A stretch of DNA of 64,000 bases from Eledone cirrhosa (lineage: Eukaryota): NCBI GenBank assembly GCA_964016885.1, contig OZ024740.1, forward strand, positions 27,838,001-27,902,000, read 5' to 3'. The notes beneath the pieces are model-generated. The model saw only the letters and a list, made by a program, of their open reading frames with translations. It had not been told where the DNA came from and made no database searches. Shown one piece after another: positions 15,001 to 30,000 of this stretch. The number at the start of each line of letters is the position of its first letter. The first letter of the stretch is position 1. Both the position numbers and the translations under genes were made by a program.

Positions 15001-18000
15001 GCAATACCGTGTGTCTATTGTAATCAAAATTACATGTGGTAACATATTAGTAAGAGCAATACCTTGTGTCTATTGTAATCAATATTACAGGTGGTAGCAT
15101 ATTAGTAAAAGCAATACCTTGTGTCTATTGTAATCAATATCACAGTTGGTAACATATTAGTAAGAGCAATACCTTGTGTCTATTGTAATCAATATTACAG
15201 GTGGTAGCATATTAGTAAAAGCAATACCTTGTGTCTATTGTAATCAATATTACAGTTGGTAACATATTAGTAAGAGCAATACCTTGTGTCTATTGTAATC
15301 AATATTACAGTTGGTAACATATTAGTAAGAGCAATACTTTGTGTCTATTGTAATCAATATTACAGTTGGTAACATATTAGTAAAAGCAATACCTTGTGTC
15401 TATTGTAATCAATATTACAGTTGGTAACATATTAGTAAGAGCAATACCTCGTGTCTAATGTAATCAATATTACAGTTGGTAACATATTAGTAAGAGCAAT
15501 ACCTTGTGTCTATTGTAATCAATATTACAGTTGGTAACATATTAGTAAGAGCAATACCTTGTGCCTATTGTAATCAATATTACAGTTGGTAACATATTAG
15601 TAAGAGCAATACCTTGTGTCTATTGTAATCAATATTACAGTTGGTAACATATTAGTAAGAGCAATACCTTGTGTCTATTGTAATCAATATTACAGTTGGT
15701 AACATATTAGTAAGAGCAATACCTTGTGTCTATTGTAATCAATATTACAGTTGGTAACATATTAGTAAGAGCAATACCTTGTGTCTATTGTAATCAATAT
15801 TACAGTTGGTAATATATTAGTAAGAGCAATACCTTGTGTCTATTTTAATCAATATTACAGTTGGTAACATATTAGTAAGAGCAATACCTTGTGTCTATTG
15901 TAATCAATATTACAGTTGGTAACATATTAGTAAGAGCAATACCTTGTGTCTATTGTAATCAATATTACAGTTGGTAACATATTAGTAAGAACAATACCTT
16001 GTGTCTATTGTAATCAATATTACAGTTGGTAACATATTAGTAAGAACAATACCTTGTGTCTATTGTAATCAGTATTACAGTTGGTAACATATTAGTAAGA
16101 GCAATACCTTGTGTCTATTGTAATCAATATTACAGTTGGTAACATATTAGTAAGAGCAATACCTTGTGTCTATTGTAATCAATATTACAGTTGGTAACAT
16201 ATTAGTAAGAGCAATACCTTGTGTCTATTGTAATCAATATTACAGTTGGTAACATATTAGTAAGAACAATACCTTATGTCTATTGTAATCAATATTACAG
16301 TTGGTAACATATTAGTAAGAACAATACCTTGTGTCTATTGTAATCAATATTACAGTTGGTAACATATTAGTAAGAGCAATACCTTGTGTCTATTGTAATC
16401 AATATTACAGTTGGTAACATATTAGTAAGAGCAATGCCTTGTGTCTATTGTAATCAATATTACAGTTGGTAACATATTAGTAAGAGCAATACCTTGTGTC
16501 TATTGTAATCAATATTACAGTTGGTAACATATTAGTAAGAGCAATACCTTTAGTCTATTGTAATCAATATTACAGTTGGTAACATATCATTAAGAGCAAT
16601 ACCTTGTGTCTATTGTAATCAATATTACAGTTGGTAACATATCAGTAAGAGCAATACCTTGTGTCTATTGTAATCAATATCACAGTTGGTAACATATTAG
16701 TAAGAGCAATACCTTGCGTCTATTGTAATCAATATTACAGGTGGTAGCATATTAGTAAAAGCAATACCTTGTGTCTATTGTAATCAATATTATAGTTGGT
16801 AACATATTAGTAAGAGCAATACCTTGTGTCTATTGTAATCAATATCACAGTTGGTAACATATTAGTAAGAGCAATACCTTGTGTCTATTGTAATCAATAT
16901 TACAGGTGGTAGCATATTAGTAAAAGCAATACCTTGTGTCTATTGTAATCAACATCACAGTTGGTAACATATTAGTGAGAGCAATACCTCGTGTCTAATG
17001 TAATCAATATCACAGTTAGTAACATATTAGTAAGAGCAATACCTCCTTGTGTCTATGGTAATCAATATTACATTTGGTAACATAATAGTAAGAGCAATAC
17101 CTTGTGTCTATTGTAATCAATATCACAGTTGGTAACATATTAGTAAGAGCAATACCTTGTGTCTATTGTAATCAATATTACAGGTGGTAGCATATTAGTA
17201 AAAGCAATACCTTGTGTCTATTGTAATCAACATCACAGTTGGTAACATATTAGTAAGAGCAATGCCTTGTGTCTATTGTAATCAATATTACAGTTGGTAA
17301 CATATTAGTAAGAGCAATACCTTGTGTCTATTGTAATCAATATTACAGTTGGTAAAATATTAGTAAGAGCAATACCTTGTGTCTATTGTAATCAATATTA
17401 CAGTTGGTAACATATTAGTAAGAGCAATGCCTTGTGTCTATTGTAATCAATATTACAGTTGGTAACATATTAGTAAGAGCAATACCTTGTGTCTATTGTA
17501 ATCAATATTACAGTTGGTAACATATTAGTAAGAGCAATACCTTGTGTCTATTGTAATCAATATTACAGTTGGTAACTTATTAGTAAGAGCAATACCTTGT
17601 GTCTATTGTAATCAATATTACAGTTGGTAACATATTAGTAAGAGCAATACCTTGTGTCTATTGTAATCAATATTACAGTTGGTAACATATTAGTAAGAGC
17701 AAAACCTTGTGTCTATTGTAATCAATATTACAGTTGGTAACATATTAGTAAGAGCAATACCTTGTGTCTATTGTAATCAATATTACAGTTGGTATCATAT
17801 TAGTAAGAGCAATACCTTGTGTCTATTGTAATCAATATTACAGTTGGTAACATATTAGTAAGAGCAATACCTTGTGTCTATTGTAATCAATATTACAGTT
17901 GGTAACATATTAGTAAGAGCAATACCTTGCGTCTATTGTAATCAATATTACAGTTGGTAACATATTAGTAAGAGCAATACCTTGTGTCTATTGTAATCAA

Positions 18001-21000
18001 TATTACAGTTGGTAACATATTAGTAAGAGCAATACCTTGTGTCTATTGTAATCAATATTACAGTTGGTAACATATTAGTAAGAGCAATACCTTGTGTCTA
18101 TTGTAATCAATATTACAGTTGGTAACATATTAGTAAGAGCAATACCTTGTGTCTATTGTAATCAATATTGCAGTTGGTAACATATTTGTAAGAGCAATAC
18201 CTCGTGTCTATTGTAATCAATATTACAGGTGGTAACATATTAGTAAGAGCAATACCTTGTGTCTATTGTAATCAATATTACAGGTTGTAACATATTAATA
18301 AGAGTAATACCTTGTGTCTATTGTAATCAATATCACAGTTGGTAACATATTAGTAAGAGCAATACCGTGTGTCTATTGTAATCAATATTACATGTGGTAA
18401 CATATTAGTAAGAGCAATACCTTGTGTCTATTGTAATCAATATTACAGGTGGTAGCATATTAGTAAAAGCAATACCTTGTGTCTATTGTAATCAATATCA
18501 CAGTTGGTAACATATTAGTAAGACCAATACCTTGTGTCTATTGTAATCAATATTACAGGTGGTAGCATATTAGTAAAAGCAATACCTTGTGTCTATTGTA
18601 ATCAATATTACAGTTGGTAACATATTAGTAAAAGCAATACCTTGTGTCTATTGTAATCAATATTACAGTTGGTAACATATTAGTAAGAGCAATACTTTGT
18701 GTCTATTGTAATCAATATTACAGTTGGTAACATATTAGTAAAAGCAATACCTTGTGTCTATTGTAATCAATATTACAGTTGGTAACATATTAGTAAGAGC
18801 AATACCTTGTGTCTAATGTAATCAATATTACAGTTGGTAACATATTAGTAAGAGCAATACCTTGTGTCTATTGTAATCAATATTACAGTTGGTAACATAT
18901 TAGTAAGAGCAATACCTTGTGCCTATTGTAATCAATATTACAGTTGGTAACATATTAGTAAGAGCAATACCTTGTGTCTATTGTAATCAATATTACAGTT
19001 GGTAATATATTAGTAAGAGCAATACCTTGTGTCTATTTTAATCAATATTACAGTTGGTAACATATTAGTAAGAGCAATACCTTGTGTCTATTGTAATCAA
19101 TATTACAGTTGGTAACATATTAGTAAGAGCAATACCTTGTGTCTATTGTAATCAATATTACAGTTGGTAACATATTAGTAAGAACAATACCTTGTGTCTA
19201 TTGTAATCAATATTACAGTTGGTAACATATTAGTAAGAACAATACCTTGTGTCTATTGTAATCAGTATTACAGTTGGTAACATATTAGTAAGAGCAATAC
19301 CTTGTGTCTATTGTAATCAATATTACAGTTGGTAACATATTAGTAAGAGCAATACCTTGTGTCTATTGTAATCAATATTACAGTTGGTAACATATTAGTA
19401 AGAGCAATACCTTGTGTCTATTGTAATCAATATTACAGTTGGTAACATATTAGTAAGAGCAATACCTCGTGTCTAATGTAATCAATATCACAGTTGGTAA
19501 CATATTAGTAAGAGCAATACCTCCTTGTGTCTATGGTAATCAATATTAAGGTTGGTAACATATTAGTAAGAGCAATACCTTTTGTCTATTGTAATCGATA
19601 TTACAGTTGGTAACACATTAGTAAGAGCAATACCTCGTGACTATTGTAATCAATATTACAGGTGGTAACATATTAGTAAGAGCAATACCTTGTGTCTATT
19701 GTAATCAATATTACAGGTGGTAACATATTAGTAAGAGTAATACCTTGTGTCTATTGTAATCAATATCACAGTTGGTAACATATTAGTAAGAGCAATACCG
19801 TGTGTCTATTGTAATCAATATTACATGTGGTAACATATTAGTAAGAACAATACCTTGTGTCTATTGTAATCAATATTACAGGTGGTAGCATATTAGTAAA
19901 AGCAATACCTTGTGTCTATTGTAATCAATATCACAGTTGGTAACATATTAGTAAGAGCAATACCTTGTGTCTATTGTAATCAATATTACAGGTGGTAGCA
20001 TATTAGTAAAAGCAATACCTTGTGTCTATTGTAATCAATATTACAGTTGGTAACATATTAGTAAGAGCAATACCTTGTGTCTATTGTAATTAATATTACA
20101 GTTGGTAACATATTAGTAAGAGCAATACTTTGTGTCTATTGTAATCAATATTACAGTTGGTAACATATTAGTAAAAGCAATACCTTGTGTCTATTGTAAT
20201 CAATATTACAGTTGGTAACATATTAGTAAGAGCAATACCTCGTGTCTAATGTAATCAATATTACAGTTGGTAACATATTAGTAAGAGCAATACCTTGTGT
20301 CTATTGTAATCAATATTACAGTTGGTAACATATTAGTAAGAGCAATACCTTGTGCCTATTGTAATCAATATTACAGTTGGTAACATATTAGTAAGAGCAA
20401 TACCTTGTGTCTATTGTAATCAATATTACAGTTGGTAACATATTAGTAAGAGCAATACCTTGTGTCTATTGTAATCAATATTACAGTTGGTAACATATTA
20501 GTAAGAGCAATACCTTGTGTCTATTGTAATCAATATTACAGTTGGTAACATATTAGTAAGAGCAATAACTTGTGTCTATTGTAATCAATATTACAGTTGG
20601 TAACATATTAGTAAGAACAATACCTTATGTCTATTGTAATCAATATTACAGTTGGTAACATATTAGTAAGAACAATACCTTGTGTCTATTGTAATCAATA
20701 TTACAGTTGGTAACATATTAGTAAGAGCAATACCTTGTGTCTATTGTAATCAATATTACAGTTGGTAACATATTAGTAAGAGCAATGCCTTGTGTCTATT
20801 GTAATCAATATTACAGTTGGTAACATATTAGTAAGAGCAATACCTTGTGTCTATTGTAATCAATATTACAGTTGGTAACATATTAGTAAGAGCAATACCT
20901 TGTGTCTATTGTAATCAATATTACAGTTGGTAACATATTAGTAAGAGCAATACCTTGTGTCTATTGTAATCAATATTACAGTTGGTAACATATTAGTAAG

Positions 21001-24000
21001 AGCAATACTTTGTGTCTATTGTAATCAATATTACAGTTGGTAACATATTAGTAAGAGCAATACCTTGTGTCTATTGTAATCAAAATTACAGTTGGTAACA
21101 TATTAGTAAGAGCAATACCTTGTGTCTATTGTAATCAATATTACAGTTGGTAACATATTAGTAAGAGCAATACCTTCTGTCTATTGTAATCAATATTACA
21201 GTTGGTTACATATTAGTAAGAGCAATACCTTGTGTCTATTGTAATCAATATTACAGTTGGTAACATATTAGTAAGAGCAATACCTTGTGTCTATTGTAAT
21301 CAATATTACAGTTGGTAACATATTAGTAAGAGCAATACCTTGTGTCTATTGTAATCAATATTACAGTTGGTAACATATTAGTAAGAGCAATACCTCGTGT
21401 CTATTGTAATCAATATTACAGGTGGTAACATATTAGTAAGAGCAATACCATGTGTCTATTGTAATCAATATTACAGGTGGTAACATATTAGTAAGAGTAA
21501 TACCTTGTGTCTATTGTAATCAATATCACAGTTGGTAACATATTAGTAAGAGCAATACCGTGTGTCTATTGTAATCAAAATTACAGTTGGTAACATATTA
21601 GTAAGAGCAATACCTTGTGTCTATTGTAATCAATATTACAGGTGGTAGCATATTAGTAAAAGCAATACCTTGTGTCTATTGTAATCAATATTACAGTTGG
21701 TAACATATTAGTAAGAGCAATACCTTGTGTCTATTGTAATCAATATTACAGTTGGTAACATATTAGTAAGAGCAATACTTTGTGTCTATTGTAATCAATA
21801 TTACAGTTGGTAACATATTAGTAAAAGCAATACCTTGTGTCTATTGTAATCAATATTACAGTTGGTAACATATTAGTAAGAGCAATACCTTGTGCCTATT
21901 GTAATCAATATTACAGTTGGTAACATATTAGTAACAGCAATACCTTGTGTCTATTGTAATCAATATTACAGTTGGTAACATATTAGTAAGAGCAATACCT
22001 CGTGACTATTGTAATCAATATTACAGGTGGTAACATATTAGTAAGAGCAATACCTTGTGTCTATTGTAATCAATATTACAGGTGGTAACATATTAGTAAG
22101 AGTAATACCTTGTGTCTATTGTAATCAATATCACAGTTGGTAACATATTAGTAAGAGCAATACCGTGTGTCTATTGTAATCAATATTACATGTGGTAACA
22201 TATTAGTAAGAACAATACCTTGTGTCTATTGTAATCAATATTACAGGTGGTAGCATATTAGTAAAAGCAATACCTTGTGTCTATTGTAATCAATATCACA
22301 GTTGGTAACATATTAGTAAGAGCAATACCTTGTGTCTATTGTAATCAATATTACAGGTGGTAGCATATTAGTAAAAGCAATACCTTGTGTCTATTGTAAT
22401 CAATATTACAGTTGGTAACATATTAGTAAGAGCAATACCTTGTGTCTATTGTAATTAATATTACAGTTGGTAACATATTAGTAAGAGCAATACTTTGTGT
22501 CTATTGTAATCAATATTACAGTTGGTAACATATTAGTAAAAGCAATACCTTGTGTCTATTGTAATCAATATTACAGTTGGTAACATATTAGTAAGAGCAA
22601 TACCTCGTGTCTAATGTAATCAATATTACAGTTGGTAACATATTAGTAAGAGCAATACCTTGTGTCTATTGTAATCAATATTACAGTTGGTAACATATTA
22701 GTAAGAGCAATACCTTGTGCCTATTGTAATCAATATTACAGTTGGTAACATATTAGTAAGAGCAATACCTTGTGTCTATTGTAATCAATATTACAGTTGG
22801 TAACATATTAGTAAGAGCAATACCTTGTGTCTATTGTAATCAATATTACAGTTGGTAACATATTAGTAAGAGCAATACCTTGTGTCTATTGTAATCAATA
22901 TTACAGTTGGTAACATATTAGTAAGAGCAATAACTTGTGTCTATTGTAATCAATATTACAGTTGGTAACATATTAGTAAGAACAATACCTTATGTCTATT
23001 GTAATCAATATTACAGTTGGTAACATATTAGTAAGAACAATACCTTGTGTCTATTGTAATCAATATTACAGTTGGTAACATATTAGTAAGAGCAATACCT
23101 TGTGTCTATTGTAATCAATATTACAGTTGGTAACATATTAGTAAGAGCAATGCCTTGTGTCTATTGTAATCAATATTACAGTTGGTAACATATTAGTAAG
23201 AGCAATACCTTGTGTCTATTGTAATCAATATTACAGTTGGTAACATATTAGTAAGAGCAATACCTTGTGTCTATTGTAATCAATATTACAGTTGGTAACA
23301 TATTAGTAAGAGCAATACCTTGTGTCTATTGTAATCAATATTACAGTTGGTAACATATTAGTAAGAGCAATACTTTGTGTCTATTGTAATCAATATTACA
23401 GTTGGTAACATATTAGTAAGAGCAATACCTTGTGTCTATTGTAATCAAAATTACAGTTGGTAACATATTAGTAAGAGCAATACCTTGTGTCTATTGTAAT
23501 CAATATTACAGTTGGTAACATATTAGTAAGAGCAATACCTTCTGTCTATTGTAATCAATATTACAGTTGGTTACATATTAGTAAGAGCAATACCTTGTGT
23601 CTATTGTAATCAATATTACAGTTGGTAACATATTAGTAAGAGCAATACCTTGTGTCTATTGTAATCAATATTACAGTTGGTAACATATTAGTAAGAGCAA
23701 TACCTTGTGTCTATTGTAATCAATATTACAGTTGGTAACATATTAGTAAGAGCAATACCTCGTGTCTATTGTAATCAATATTACAGGTGGTAACATATTA
23801 GTAAGAGCAATACCATGTGTCTATTGTAATCAATATTACAGGTGGTAACATATTAGTAAGAGTAATACCTTGTGTCTATTGTAATCAATATCACAGTTGG
23901 TAACATATTAGTAAGAGCAATACCGTGTGTCTATTGTAATCAAAATTACAGTTGGTAACATATTAGTAAGAGCAATACCTTGTGTCTATTGTAATCAATA

Positions 24001-27000
24001 TTACAGGTGGTAGCATATTAGTAAAAGCAATACCTTGTGTCTATTGTAATCAATATTACAGTTGGTAACATATTAGTAAGAGCAATACTTTGTGTCTATT
24101 GTAATCAATATTACAGTTGGTAACATATTAGTAAAAGCAATACCTTGTGTCTATTGTAATCAATATTACAGTTGGTAACATATTAGTAAGAGCAATACCT
24201 TGTGCCTATTGTAATCAATATTACAGTTGGTAACATATTAGTAACAGCAATACCTTGTGTCTATTGTAATCAATATTACAGTTGGTAACATATTAGTAAG
24301 AGCAATACCTTGTGTCTATTGTAATCAATATTACAGTTGGTAACATATTAGTAAGAGCAATACCTTGTGTCTATTGTAATCAATATTACAGTTGGTAACA
24401 TATTAGTAAGAGCAATACCTTGTGTCTATTGTAATCAATATTACAGTTGGTAACATATTAGTAAGAACAATACCTTATGTCTATTGTAATCAATATTACA
24501 GTTGGTAACATATTAGTAAGAACAGTACCTTGTGTCTATTGTAATCAATATTACAGTTGGTAACATATTAGTAAGAGCAATACCTTGTGTCTATTGTAAT
24601 CAATATTACAGTTGGTAACATATTAGTAAGAGCAATGCCTTGTGTCTATTGTAATCAATATTACAGTCGGTAACATATTAGTAAGAGCAATACCTTGTGT
24701 CTATTGTAATCAATATTACAGTTGGTAACATATTAGTAAGAGCAATACCTTGTGTCTATTGTAATCAATATTACAGTTGGTAACATATCATTAAGAGCAA
24801 TACCTTGTGTCTATTGTAATCAATATTACAGTTGGTAACATATCAGTAAGAGCAATACCTTGTGTCTATTGTAATCAATATCACAGTTGGTAACATATTA
24901 GTAAGAGCAATACCTTGTGTCTATTGTAATCAATATTACAGGTGGTAGCATATTAGTAAAAGCAATACCTTGTGTCTATTGTAATCAATATTATAGTTGG
25001 TAACATATTAGTAAGAGCAATACCATGTGTCTATTGTAATCAATATTACAGGTGGTAACATATTAGTAAGAGTAATACCTTGTGTCTATTGTAATCAATA
25101 TCACAGTTGGTAACATATTAGTAAGAGCAATACCGTGTGTCTATTGTAATCAAAATTACATGTGGTAACATATTAGTAAGAGCAATACCTTGTGTCTATT
25201 GTAATCAATATTACAGGTGGTAGCATATTAGTAAAAGCAATACCTTGTGTCTATTGTAATCAATATCACAGTTGGTAACATATTAGTAAGAGCAATACCT
25301 TGTGTCTATTGTAATCAATATTACAGGTGGTAGCATATTAGTAAAAGCAATACCTTGTGTCTATTGTAATCAATATTACAGTTGGTAACATATTAGTAAG
25401 AGCAATACCTTGTGTCTATTGTAATCAATATTACAGTTGGTAACATATTAGTAAGAGCAACACTTTGTGTCTATTGTAATCAATATTACAGTTGTTAACA
25501 TATTAGTAAGAGCAATACCTTGTGCCTATTTAAATCAATATTACAGTTGGTAACATATTAGTAAGAGCAATACCTTGTGTCTATTGTAATCTATATTACA
25601 GTTGGTAACATATTAGTAAGAGCAATACCTTGTGTCTATTGTAATCAATATTACAGTTGGTAACATATTAGTAAGAGCAATACCTTGTGTCTATTGTAAT
25701 CAATATTACAGTTGGTAACATATTAGTAAGAGCAATACCTTGTGTCTATTGTAATCAATATTACAGTTGGTAACATATTAGTAAGAACAATACCTTATGT
25801 CTATTGTAATCAATATTACAGTTGGTAACATATTAGTAAGAACAATACCTTGTGTCTATTGTAATCAATATTACAGTTGGTAACATATTAGTAAGAGCAA
25901 TACCTTGTGTCTATTGTAATCAATATTACAGTTGGTAACATATTAGTAAGAGCAATGCCTTGTGTCTATTGTAATCAATATTACAGTTGGTAACATATTA
26001 GTAAGAGCAATACCTTGTGTCTATTGTAATCAATATTACAGTTGGTAACATATTAGTACGAGCAATACCTTGTGTCTATTGTAATCAATATTACAGTTGG
26101 TAACATATCATTAAGAGCAATACCTTGTGTCTATTGTAATCAATATTACAGTTGGTAACATATCAGTAAGAGCAATACCTTGTGTCTATTGTAATCAATA
26201 TCACAGTTGGTAACATATTAGTAAGAGCAATACCTTGTGTCTATTGTAATCAATATTACAGGTGGTAGCATATTAGTAAAAGCAATACCTTGTGTCTATT
26301 GTAATCAATATTATAGTTGGTAACATATTAGTAAGAGAAATACCTTGTGTCTATTGTAATCAATATCACAGTTGGTAACATATTAGTAAGAGCAATACCT
26401 TATGTCTATTGTAATCAATATTACAGTTGGTAACATATTAGTAAGAACAATACCTTGTGTCTATTGTAATCAATATTACAGTTGGTAACATATTAGTAAG
26501 AGCAATACCTTGTGTCTATTGTAATCAATATTACAGTTGGTAACATATTAGTAAGAGCAATGCCTTGTGTCTATTGTAATCAATATTACAGTCGGTAACA
26601 TATTAGTAAGAGCAATACCTTGTGTCTATTGTAATCAATATTACAGTTGGTAACATATTAGTAAGAGCAATACCTTGTGTCTATTGTAATCAATATTACA
26701 GTTGGTAACATATCATTAAGAGCAATACCTTGTGTCTATTGTAATCAATATTACAGTTGGTAACATATCAGTAAGAGCAATACCTTGTGTCTATTGTAAT
26801 CAATATCACAGTTGGTAACATATTAGTAAGAGCAATACCTTGTGTCTATTGTAATCAATATTACAGGTGGTAGCATATTAGTAAAAGCAATACCTTGTGT
26901 CTATTGTAATCAATATTATAGTTGGTAACATATTAGTAAGAGCAATACCATGTGTCTATTGTAATCAATATTACAGGTGGTAACATATTAGTAAGAGTAA

Positions 27001-30000
27001 TACCTTGTGACTATTGTAATCAATATCACAGTTGGTAACATATTAGTAAGAGCAATACCGTGTGTCTATTGTAATCAAAATTACATGTGGTAACATATTA
27101 GTAAGAGCAATACCTTGTGTCTATTGTAATCAATATTACAGGTGGTAGCATATTAGTAAAAGCAATACCTTGTGTCTATTGTAATCAATATCACAGTTGG
27201 TAACATATTAGTAAGAGCAATACCTTGTGTCTATTGTAATCAATATTACAGGTGGTAGCATATTAGTAAAAGCAATACCTTGTGTCTATTGTAATCAATA
27301 TTACAGTTGGTAACATATTAGTAAGAGCAATACCTTGTGTCTATTGTAATCAATATTACAGTTGGTAACATATTAGTAAGAGCAATACTTTGTGTCTATT
27401 GTAATCAATATTACAGTTGGTAACATATTAGTAAGAGCAATACCTTGTGCCTATTGTAATCAATATTACAGTTGGTAACATATTAGTAAGAGCAATACCT
27501 TGTGTCTATTGTAATCTATATTACAGTTGGTAACATATTAGTAAGAGCAATACCTTGTGTCTATTGTAATCAATATTACAGTTGGTAACATATTAGTAAG
27601 AGCAATACCTTGTGTCTATTGTAATCAATATTACAGTTGGTAACATATTAGTAAGAGCAATACCTTGTGTCTATTGTAATCAATATTACAGTTGGTAACA
27701 TATTAGTAAGAACAATACCTTATGTCTATTGTAATCAATATTACAGTTGGTAACATATTAGTAAGAACAATACCTTGTGTCTATTGTAATCAATATTACA
27801 GTTGGTAACATATTAGTAAGAGCAATACCTTGTGTCTATTGTAATCAATATTACAGTTGGTAACATATTAGTAAGAGCAATGCCTTGTGTCTATTGTAAT
27901 CAATATTACAGTTGGTAACATATTAGTAAGAGCAATACCTTGTGTCTATTGTAATCAATATTACAGTTGGTAACATATTAGTACGAGCAATACCTTGTGT
28001 CTATTGTAATCAATATTACAGTTGGTAACATATCATTAAGAGCAATACCTTGTGTCTATTGTAATCAATATTACAGTTGGTAACATATCAGTAAGAGCAA
28101 TACCTTGTGTCTATTGTAATCAATATCACAGTTGGTAACATATTAGTAAGAGCAATACCTTGTGTCTATTGTAATCAATATTACAGGTGGTAGCATATTA
28201 GTAAAAGCAATACCTTGTGTCTATTGTAATCAATATTATAGTTGGTAACATATTAGTAAGAGAAATACCTTGTGTCTATTGTAATCAATATCACAGTTGG
28301 TAACATATTAGTAAGAGCAATACCTTGTATCTATTGTAATCAATATTACAGGTGGTAGCATATTAGTAAAAGCAATACCTTGTGTCTATTGTAATCAACA
28401 TCACAGTTGGTAACATATTAGTAAGAGCAATACCTCGTGTCTAATGTAATCAATATCACAGTTAGTAACATATTAGTAAGAGCAATACCTCCTTGTGTCT
28501 ATGGTAATCAATATTACAGTTGGTAACATATTAGTAAAAGCAATACCTTGTGTCTATTGTAATCAATATTACAGTTGGTAACATATTAGTAAGAGCAATA
28601 CCTTGTGTCTATTGTAATCAATATTACAGTTGGTAACATATTAGTAAGAGCAACACTTTGTGTCTATTGTAATCAATATTACAGTTGTTAACATATTAGT
28701 AAGAGCAATACCTTGTGCCTATTTAAATCAATATTACAGTTGGTAACATATTAGTAAGAGCAATACCTTGTGTCTATTGTAATCTATATTACAGTTGGTA
28801 ACATATTAGTAAGAGCAATACCTTGTGTCTATTGTAATCAATATTACAGTTGGTAACATATTAGTAAGAGCAATACCTTGTGTCTATTGTAATCAATATT
28901 ACAGTTGGTAACATATTAGTAAGAGCAATACCTTGTGTCTATTGTAATCAATATTACAGTTGGTAACATATTAGTAAGAACAATACCTTATGTCTATTGT
29001 AATCAATATTACAGTTGGTAACATATTAGTAAGAACAATACCTTGTGTCTATTGTAATCAATATTACAGTTGGTAACATATTAGTAAGAGCAATACCTTG
29101 TGTCTATTGTAATCAATATTACAGTTGGTAACATATTAGTAAGAGCAATGCCTTGTGTCTATTGTAATCAATATTACAGTTGGTAACATATTAGTAAGAG
29201 CAATACCTTGTGTCTATTGTAATCAATATTACAGTTGGTAACATATTAGTACGAGCAATACCTTGTGTCTATTGTAATCAATATTACAGTTGGTAACATA
29301 TCATTAAGAGCAATACCTTGTGTCTATTGTAATCAATATTACAGTTGGTAACATATCAGTAAGAGCAATACCTTGTGTCTATTGTAATCAATATCACAGT
29401 TGGTAACATATTAGTAAGAGCAATACCTTGTGTCTATTGTAATCAATATTACAGGTGGTAGCATATTAGTAAAAGCAATACCTTGTGTCTATTGTAATCA
29501 ATATTATAGTTGGTAACATATTAGTAAGAGAAATACCTTGTGTCTATTGTAATCAATATCACAGTTGGTAACATATTAGTAAGAGCAATACCTTATGTCT
29601 ATTGTAATCAATATTACAGTTGGTAACATATTAGTAAGAACAATACCTTGTGTCTATTGTAATCAATATTACAGTTGGTAACATATTAGTAAGAGCAATA
29701 CCTTGTGTCTATTGTAATCAATATTACAGTTGGTAACATATTAGTAAGAGCAATGCCTTGTGTCTATTGTAATCAATATTACAGTCGGTAACATATTAGT
29801 AAGAGCAATACCTTGTGTCTATTGTAATCAATATTACAGTTGGTAACATATTAGTAAGAGCAATACCTTGTGTCTATTGTAATCAATATTACAGTTGGTA
29901 ACATATCATTAAGAGCAATACCTTGTGTCTATTGTAATCAATATTACAGTTGGTAACATATCAGTAAGAGCAATACCTTGTGTCTATTGTAATCAATATC